This document shows positions 56,796-64,000 of a DNA stretch of 64,000 bases, in pieces (position 1 is the stretch's first letter; each line of letters starts with the position of its first letter). The notes under the pieces are model-generated. The model ran no database searches. It was not told where the DNA came from and saw only the letters and a program-made list of their open reading frames with translations. Made by a program: the position numbers and the translations under genes. Source of the stretch: a virus; IMG/VR virus record IMGVR_UViG_3300046048_000227, positions 37,695 through 101,694 of that record. The stretch is one strand, 5' to 3'.

Positions 56796-57305
56796 ATGAA
56801 TGACATTGAAAGACAAATTTACGATGAGTGTGTTATTGCAGCAAGTTATAGTGACTGTACAAAACGAAGGTTTGGTGCTGTTGCTTACTACAATACTCCG
56901 CATAAAAACACAAGCGGCATACTAGGAGTATCTAACAACCACATAATGCTATACCACAAGTTTCTTTGTGCTGGTGGATGTATAAGAAATACAATAAACT
57001 CTGGTACAGATAGTATGCTAGGTTCTTGCGGTCATGCTGAAGAAGAGTTAATGTGGAGATTAGCAAAACAAGGAAAAACAAATTACGACATTTATATTAT
57101 GCAAGTAGGACTAGACGATAACCCGATCCCAAAGGAAGATAAGTATTTTTACTGTGCTAGATGCGCTACAGCTATGTATTACGCAGAGGTTCGTGGAGTC
57201 TGGGTACTATTAAAAAAACAGGGGAAGCCTGTTTGGAGTTTCTTATCTACTAAAGAAGCTATTGAATCATCTTACAAATTTGCTTTAAGAGAAAAGGTAG
57301 TATGA
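56796..57305 (+). CDS. dCMP/cytidine deaminase-like protein
   Basis: S.C.KRRFGAV, HAEE, CARC zinc motifs. Confidence 0.75.
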   Translation: MNDIERQIYDECVIAASYSDCTKRRFGAVAYYNTPHKNTSGILGVSNNHIMLYHKFLCAGGCIRNTINSGTDSMLGSCGHAEEELMWRLAKQGKTNYDIYIMQVGLDDNPIPKEDKYFYCARCATAMYYAEVRGVWVLLKKQGKPVWSFLSTKEAIESSYKFALREKVV

Positions 57306-57520
57306 CAGTTAATTTTATTTTTGAAGTTTACGATATAGAATGTCCAAACTGCGGGAAAAAACATGCTGCTGGTTATACCCCTGGAGAATATAGTGTTAAG
57401 GAAACTATAAAACTACCTGAGACACTTTTAACTTGCCGCAAATGTAAACAGTATTTTACAGTAGAGATACTTTTAAAGCCTATTCTAATTGTAAATAGCT
57501 TGGAGAAAACAAAATCATGA
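57302..57520 (+). CDS. zinc-ribbon protein (1 of 3)
   Basis: CPNC...CRKC. Confidence 0.65.
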   Translation: MTVNFIFEVYDIECPNCGKKHAAGYTPGEYSVKETIKLPETLLTCRKCKQYFTVEILLKPILIVNSLEKTKS

Positions 57521-57744
57521 CAATACCTTTTACACTATCATTAACTAACTTAAAATGTCCGCACTGTGGTAGTATATTTAACGTAGACTACAGTATGTAC
57601 GAGATTGAATCTTTTACTGAAAACAAGACTGTTGACCTAATAGATAAAGCAGTAACTTGCTGGAATTGTAAGAAGTACATTGCTGTGGAAGCACACCTAC
57701 GTCCTACAATAACTGTATCAGCTTTAAATAAGGAAAAGCCATGA
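57517..57744 (+). CDS. zinc-ribbon protein (2 of 3)
   Basis: CPHC...CWNC. Confidence 0.65.
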   Translation: MTIPFTLSLTNLKCPHCGSIFNVDYSMYEIESFTENKTVDLIDKAVTCWNCKKYIAVEAHLRPTITVSALNKEKP

Positions 57745-57959
57745 TTGAATTAACTGTACAAGACGTAGTATGCCCTCATTGTGGTATTAGTGCAGGTACA
57801 AAAATAATTAAAGCAGGCAGTCGATACTTTACTCCAGGAAAAGATAATTACGCACATGAATTATATGCTAGGTGTTATAGTTGTAAAAAACCTTTTCTTA
57901 TACAAGCAAGGATAACAGTAAATTTACTTATGGAAGCACTAGAACCTATAAATGTTTAA
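57741..57959 (+). CDS. zinc-ribbon protein (3 of 3)
   Basis: CPHC...CYSC. Confidence 0.65.
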   Translation: MIELTVQDVVCPHCGISAGTKIIKAGSRYFTPGKDNYAHELYARCYSCKKPFLIQARITVNLLMEALEPINV

Positions 57960-58866
57960 AACATTCCTGCCCATAATACAGAAAGAAACATACGAACCAG
58001 AGTTGGGTGCCCATGTAGTAAGTCCTAACGCAGACCGTATGCAGTATGCTGTGGATGGGCAAAGCGTAGCTTGGGTAATAGAAACTGATAAGATAGAAAA
58101 GCTTGATGAAGGGGGATCAGTTTTCTTGGACTGGTCATTGTACGACAAACAGTACGAACATATACGTTATTTCCCTACTTGGATACAAGTCAAGTACTCT
58201 CCAGAATGGATGAGGAGCATTAAAGACAAACGGTGTTCTGCCCCGTTTGTGCAGTACTGGGAGCATTTTGCTGACATGACTGTTAAGGTACTAGACAGGT
58301 ACAAACCTTTCGCTGTTGAAATATGGAATGAACCAGAGATACGTCCAGATGCTGTTGACGATTTCTGGTCTAATATATATGGTTGCTGGTGGTCTGGTAG
58401 AGAGTTTGGTTTATTTTTAGATGCTATATACCCAAGAATTAAAGAAGCTCACCCGTTTGTTACTTTTATGGGCGGAGCATTAATGTTAGAAAGTGACTAT
58501 CACTACGAATTTGCTGAGCAAATGAGCAGGTACGGACAGTTTGATGTACTTTCTTTCCACGCTTACCCAGGTTTTGGACAAAAGAATTATGACGAACCTT
58601 TAAGGAAAGCAGAAAAGTTAATGCAGTTTACAGATAAACGATTGTGGTTATCAGAGACAGCGTATAGAACCAGGGAGTGGTACGCGAACTTTGAGCAGGA
58701 AAAGAAAGAGTATTTAGCTTATCTGTGGAAGTACGCCCTTGATTATAGAATACATATGATCATGTGGTACACACTAGCAAATAACAATTGGGATTTTACA
58801 GACCTAGTACTTAAGAGCATTAAGAATCCAGCATGGTATTTGTTCAGAGACTTAACAAAACCCTAG
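57952..58866 (+). CDS. clan GH-A glycoside hydrolase (GH5/GH39-like)
   Basis: EIWNEP acid/base, FDVLSFHAY, WLSET nucleophile. Confidence 0.8.
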   Translation: MFKTFLPIIQKETYEPELGAHVVSPNADRMQYAVDGQSVAWVIETDKIEKLDEGGSVFLDWSLYDKQYEHIRYFPTWIQVKYSPEWMRSIKDKRCSAPFVQYWEHFADMTVKVLDRYKPFAVEIWNEPEIRPDAVDDFWSNIYGCWWSGREFGLFLDAIYPRIKEAHPFVTFMGGALMLESDYHYEFAEQMSRYGQFDVLSFHAYPGFGQKNYDEPLRKAEKLMQFTDKRLWLSETAYRTREWYANFEQEKKEYLAYLWKYALDYRIHMIMWYTLANNNWDFTDLVLKSIKNPAWYLFRDLTKP

Positions 58867-58898
58867 ACAAGAGAAGAACTATAGAGTATAATACTTAT

Positions 58899-59210
58899 AT
58901 GATTGATTATAGTAGATGTGATGTATGCGGAGACAAGTTAATAGAAATATCAAGAGAAGAATTAACTGAAGGCATACTTAAGTACATACACGTAGAGTGT
59001 AAGAAGAAGCACTACTCCTTCTATTGGGAAAACGGATGGACTTATAAGTTCCTTGACTACACCTTAACTCAACAGTACATAGTACAACCTAAACGATCAG
59101 ATAAAATTAACCATTATATAATAATTAAATATATTAGAATAAAAGAAAGATTAATTAAAATAATAAACAATTTATTTAAATTAATTCACAGTTTTAAACA
59201 AAAATTGTAG
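58899..59210 (+). CDS. hypothetical protein, probably leaderless
   Basis: TAGACA-17-TATAAT (58864-58892), then ATG 6 nt downstream. Confidence 0.45.
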   Translation: MIDYSRCDVCGDKLIEISREELTEGILKYIHVECKKKHYSFYWENGWTYKFLDYTLTQQYIVQPKRSDKINHYIIIKYIRIKERLIKIINNLFKLIHSFKQKL

Positions 59211-59223
59211 AGGAGATTGAGAG

Positions 59224-59571
59224 ATGCTAGCAGACTTAACGTTTAAAGACAGCAACAAGAATAGATGGCACTTGTTCTTCAGAGAGCGGGACGAAGTAAT
59301 AACTGTGCTTGACTCTGGTAAGGTAGTTGTGCGTGCTGGTGTAGCATGTGATGTTGCTGTGCGAGTAAAGGTTTCAGACACCCGTCCTAAGTATGCTGAT
59401 CGCTTTGTATCAAAAGGCTCGTCAGCTAAGCACCCTAAAGATAAGAACATAACCTTTTATACTGGTGCAAGGTTTGCTTTAGCAGAGGCTTTACTTCCTT
59501 TTCCTAAGCAAACAAGGGCAGACATATGGGCTGGTTTCTTAAAACATTTCTATTCTAATATACAAGCATGA
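59224..59571 (+). CDS. hypothetical protein
   Basis: 115 aa; HPKD...G.R.AL..AL motif seen in phage proteins. Confidence 0.6.
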   Translation: MLADLTFKDSNKNRWHLFFRERDEVITVLDSGKVVVRAGVACDVAVRVKVSDTRPKYADRFVSKGSSAKHPKDKNITFYTGARFALAEALLPFPKQTRADIWAGFLKHFYSNIQA

Positions 59572-59735
59572 GCAGGGATATCAGAAAGCTTGCGGCTATA
59601 GCAGCGTCAGGCTGTATGCTTATGCTACTAGTGTATACTGCTACTGAATTTGATATAGCTATAGCTTTAATTCTAGCAGGAGCCATTGTGTTACTTTATC
59701 TGATCCTACTTGAGCTTGGTTCTAAATGAGGTAAA

Positions 59736-62350
59736 ATGGGCTGGATTGAATTATGCCAAACAGACATAGCTACCTTATACACAGGAGACGATCCTTGGGA
59801 TATAATGGGAGAGGCTGTAGAAAAGCTGAAGGCTGTGTATCTCAGAGACATAGGTAGACTTCCTTACTTAGAAGAGATCAAAGATACTTTAAGGTTTGTG
59901 ATTGGTGACGATATTGAAAGAGCAGGAACACCTTATGTCCAGCTAGAGTTGCCTTTAGGAGAAAAATTGTGATAACAAAACAGTCTAATACAGAAGCTGT
60001 GAGCAAAGCAGCATTACTTTCTGTAATAAGGGACAGGGTAAGGTAAGAATGAGTCATTCTGTAAACTGGAAAGATGCTTATAAAATATTTTTAGTTGAAA
60101 CTCCGTTTGAAGACTTACTAGCAGATTTAGTTGAACAGTACATTGACGCCTGTAAAGAAGAAAGTGAGTACCAGAAAAAGTCTAAGTGGAGGTACTTCGC
60201 CTGTAAGGGAGAAATACTTAAGAGGTGGAATGAAACTACGAATTGAAGACATAACTGCATTAGAAAATACCGTCCGTAAATACAAGAATGGTTGGTATGA
60301 GGGTATTGAGATCAAAGCGTACAACGAAGCTGATGCTAAAAAATTAATTGCCTACGCAGAAAGTAGGTGGCCGAATATTAACTGGTATTGTAGCTGGCTA
60401 GATTTTGGAGAACTATGACCCTAGCCCATAAACACAACTGGAGTATAACCAGAACAATTTGGCCTTACGCAGATGGGTGGGGCACCTACTGTGATAAGTG
60501 CAAAACAGTAGTAGACACTGGTTTAGAAAAAGAGGAAGCAATAAAAAGAAGGGATGCACTAAGAACAAAGGAAGGGCTAAATGTTTAACTGGAAAGTTTT
60601 ATGGGGTATTATTGGGACTGCTGTATCTGGTTTTTGTATGCTCACAGCTATTGACATGCTAAGAAGTGGATTACTAACTGGGGAAGAAACATTCTCTATA
60701 ACTGTTGGTTTTATTTTATTTGCCCTAGTTTTTATTGCTAGTATTGCCGCTATCTTTATAGATGAATAAGAGACATACATGACTTGTATTGTTGGATTAG
60801 CACACGAAGGAGGAGAGAAAATGAGTATTGATCACATTACTGTAGGTCAGCTAATGGCTCTTTCTGATAAGATTTTAGAAGACAAAAAGTTAACTCTTGA
60901 AGGATGGAAAAACATAGTTAGAGAGTTTGGAAAAGAAAACAACCTAACAAATAAAGAAGCTGTATTTATCGCTAGGCTAGCCTATAGGAGTTTCGGATGG
61001 TAATAAACATGCAGACGCTACAAAAATATGTAAATACAATAGGCATAGGAGATAGGGTTAACGAAATAATAGTAACTGATTATGCAGAAGGCATAACCCT
61101 AGTTACTGTTAAAGCTACTGGTACTAAGTACATTGTCATGGATAAGAAGTCCTGGGAAGAACTTCAAGAGTTTGTTGCAAAAGATATGGACGGTTTAAGT
61201 GATGATGTAGAGAACTTAAGATGGTATGGCATACCTATTCGTATTATGAGGAACGTGTATGAAGACTGAAAAAGTGCACGCAAGAAGTGGTGACAGAAGA
61301 GTAATTAAAAAATTTGCTTTATTCCCAATAACCATTACAGAGTTTAATCCTTCTGAACAGCGATATAAAAGTAAAATTAGGTGGTTAGAACGAGTAAGAA
61401 TTTTACAGGTGTTTGTAGAGCCTTTAGATGGAAGGAAAGGATACTGGGTTAATTGGTGGTTTCTAGAGCCAGAAGATAATGAGGAGGATTGTGTCTAATG
61501 CTTCAGGATAATTCTCCTACATGTGGTTGTTACTCATATGGCTATGCTGGTGAGTTTATTGAATACTGCGTTGTACACGCAAACGCAGAGAAACTTTTTA
61601 CCTCTGTTTCTCTCACAGCAGAGCTACCAACATTCCATGGTAATTGCAACTGTAGGTACTGCAACGCAATTAATATTGCAAAAAATACTATGGCTGATAT
61701 ACTAAAGGAGCAACAAGGTGGCGATAATTAATAAGATGCTGCTTTCGTGTTGTGGGTGCGGTGTAGATGTAGGTATTAAAATTACACTTAGAGAAAACGG
61801 AATAGTACAATTTAATATTCCTGATACTTGGCTTTCTCGGTGGGATTCCCTTGCACAGCAACATAAATACTTTTGCGAAAAGTGCAAGAAACTTTACGCT
61901 AAAAAAGAGGAAGACAGTTGATCTGCCTAGTCTGTAAAGAACCAGCTTATAGTGGCGCAAGAGATTTAATTGAAACGACGCCAGTGGCAGATAAGAACGG
62001 TGTACTATGGAAGACATATAAGTATGCTGGAGAAGCACGCTACGGCTGTAAAAAGCACCCTCCAGCTAGAAGTAAGCTAACTACCAGAACTACGCAAGAA
62101 ATGTTTTTACAAGCGAATAGCCAAGTATTATTAGAGAGGAGTTATGAAAGCTATATTAAAGAAGGACATAACTGTTACTAGCTACTCTGACAAAACACTT
62201 GTTCCTAAAGGAACAGAAGTAAGAATAGTACTAGATAGAGGAGTAAATGGATATTATAGAGTAGCTACAGAAGAAGGGCTTGCCTTTACAGCTTATGAAA
62301 ATGAGCTAGCTTTTTTGTGCCAAGAGTGCGGAAAAGTTTGTGGCCGTTAG
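59736..62350 (+). other. array of small, translationally coupled hypothetical ORFs
   Basis: ORFs at 59736, 60049, 60230, 60415, 60581, 60821, 60997, 61259, 61489, 61718, 61918 and 62144 with overlapping starts/stops; several are Cys-rich. Confidence 0.55.
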
Positions 62351-62351
62351 G

Positions 62352-62750
62352 ATGAATAAAACCTTACTTGTTGTGTTACAAAACGCCTACGGTGTAGAAG
62401 AAGGGTATCGTCCTTCCTACGAGAGAGAGTCCTTTGTTAACTGCCATACAGGTAGACGCCTTCGGGAAGCCTTGCCCACTAACTGTATGGTAGAGATAAT
62501 TAACTCAAACCCTGCTATTGGCAATAACCCAGACTCTTGTTTTAAACCTGCGCCGGAGTACGTAAAAGATTGGATCGCTAAAATAAAACCTGATGTTATC
62601 CTGGTCTGTGGTAAGGTCGCTAAGAAGACTATGCAACTACTCACTATTGATATCCCCACAGTTTATATGCCACATCCTGCTTACAGAGCATTGAGTAAGC
62701 AGATGACTAGCAGTACTAGAAATTCTTTACTTAGCTTGTTGGAGGAGTAA
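62352..62750 (+). CDS. uracil-DNA glycosylase-like superfamily protein
   Basis: LQNAY, TGRRL, PDVILVCGKVA, MPHPA. Confidence 0.6.
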   Translation: MNKTLLVVLQNAYGVEEGYRPSYERESFVNCHTGRRLREALPTNCMVEIINSNPAIGNNPDSCFKPAPEYVKDWIAKIKPDVILVCGKVAKKTMQLLTIDIPTVYMPHPAYRALSKQMTSSTRNSLLSLLEE

Positions 62751-63028
62751 TGGATAGTTGTCGTAAGTGTAGGTATGATGAAGATTTTGGTTGTGTAATA
62801 TTTTGTAAAGAACATCTTCAAAAATTTAAAGAAGCTTGTGGTGGTTGGTTACGTTCTGATCTTGATCGTCTTATGGACATGACTGCCGAAGAGTTTTTAA
62901 GTGAAAAAACTATTGAAGAGTTCGTTGATCAAGATGAGCTTGTACATTTTAATGTAGCAGCTATGGCTGATCGTAGAGAGTTATGGCTTAAAGTAGCTAA
63001 GTGGAGATTTGGGGGACATGATGGATAG
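62750..63028 (+). CDS. hypothetical protein
   Basis: 92 aa, GGAGG RBS. Confidence 0.55.
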   Translation: MDSCRKCRYDEDFGCVIFCKEHLQKFKEACGGWLRSDLDRLMDMTAEEFLSEKTIEEFVDQDELVHFNVAAMADRRELWLKVAKWRFGGHDG

Positions 63029-63125
63029 TATTGGTTTAAGAATTGTCTCAATCGTGACTGATAATGTCACGAGTAGGATGATTTTCAACGGATGCTGAAA
63101 AGGAATGGATTAGTGAAAGGAGTGA

Positions 63126-63335
63126 GTGATGAGATACATAACAAAGCGTAATATTCCTAATGAGCTATGTCAGTGCATAAAGAGCGATTGTGTTTATAAC
63201 GATGAAGATAGTTTATGTGACGAACCGAGGATCAATCGTGGCAATAGTGATGCAAAATGTTTTCGCATACGTCCGAGAATTGTGTTGACTTGGCTGTGTG
63301 AATATAATGACAACTTCCATTTTACGATTGAATAA
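63126..63335 (+). CDS. small Cys-rich protein
   Basis: 69 aa, AAGGAG RBS. Confidence 0.45.
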   Translation: MMRYITKRNIPNELCQCIKSDCVYNDEDSLCDEPRINRGNSDAKCFRIRPRIVLTWLCEYNDNFHFTIE

Positions 63336-63377
63336 CCTATACAGAAGTGTATAGGATAAGGAGAGAGTGATGGGCGA

Positions 63378-63617
63378 ATGAACCGAAAATTTTGTGAGAA
63401 ATGTACTAGACATAGCTTTGCGAATGATGTGGATATTATTGAACTCTGCCCGAAGCATCGCATGGTTGATGAATTGATAGCGGTGGTGAAGGCAGTAGAA
63501 TTTGACACTGGTCTATGCCCATGGTGTCAAGCAATTTTTCAGCACATGGAAGATTGTCAACGGCAAGCAGTCCTCGCTAAAGTGGAGCCGAAGGAGAATG
63601 GGCAAAATGAAGTATGA
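63378..63617 (+). CDS. small Cys-rich protein
   Basis: CEKC, CPKH, CPWC...H..DC. Confidence 0.5.
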   Translation: MNRKFCEKCTRHSFANDVDIIELCPKHRMVDELIAVVKAVEFDTGLCPWCQAIFQHMEDCQRQAVLAKVEPKENGQNEV

Positions 63618-63838
63618 TATACTGTGACGGTGTACATGTCGTTAGCGATACTTCCCTACAGGAGCTACACGACTGGGCAGTTTCTGTAGGGATCGGGCTG
63701 CACTGGTTTCATAATAGTAGGATTAAGCACTACGATATCCCTGTGCGAAGGCGAGGAGAAATATTTGCTGGTGTGAGTTATGCGGGGGAAAGGGGACTGG
63801 TTGTGGTGTATATGGGTGGGAATTTTAAAACAAAATAA
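63614..63838 (+). CDS. DUF4031-like protein
   Basis: H.VSD...ELH..A..IG....WF......HYD. Confidence 0.6.
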   Translation: MIYCDGVHVVSDTSLQELHDWAVSVGIGLHWFHNSRIKHYDIPVRRRGEIFAGVSYAGERGLVVVYMGGNFKTK

Positions 63839-64000
63839 AAAATATCGAGCGACCCCCCTCCCATGGCGAAAATCGCCAAAATTCCCCAACTACCCCCTTC
63901 ATTGTGGCGCACGCGCGACCTGACGACACCTGACGATCTTCATTGGCACGCGCGCGTGCATATGCGCCCGCACGTTAAATCGAATCACGCGTGAATCTTA

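Noticed and set aside
1-64000. Stop-codon reassignment or prophage integration
   Set aside because: Core genes are intact and tightly packed in the standard code, neither tRNA is a suppressor, and no integrase, att site or host genes were seen.

Overview
The window is almost entirely one tailed dsDNA bacteriophage. It is siphovirus-like, with no tail sheath gene and a 1401-aa tape measure protein. It reads in the standard genetic code, and no integrase, reverse transcriptase or CRISPR array is visible. Layout: (i) 1-11221 (+), an accessory virion-appendage cluster with two paralogous beta-helix proteins, two large Gly/Thr/Ala-repeat proteins carrying lectin-like domains and a BppU-like protein; (ii) 11252-18578 (+), two tRNAs and replication/recombination genes (family A DNA polymerase, DnaB/RecA-fold ATPase, ERF); (iii) 18663-47870 (-), lysis, tail, head and packaging genes; (iv) 47999-63838 (mostly +), SSB, RNase H, HNH, RusA, class II RNR, a Mom-like DNA modifier, peptide deformylase, vWA, a deaminase, a clan GH-A glycosidase and many small ORFs; (v) a compositionally distinct non-coding end. 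A 'FLPII' motif on the glycosidase hints at a Chloroflexota host (inference). The most notable observations are: a ~450-nt, independently promoted, GNRA-rich structured non-coding RNA between terminase and portal; lectin-like domains that lack their first beta-strand while that strand appears as a free C-terminal peptide on two neighbouring proteins (possible donor-strand complementation); and two -1 frameshift sites. All assignments come from motif recognition by eye; no database searches were run.
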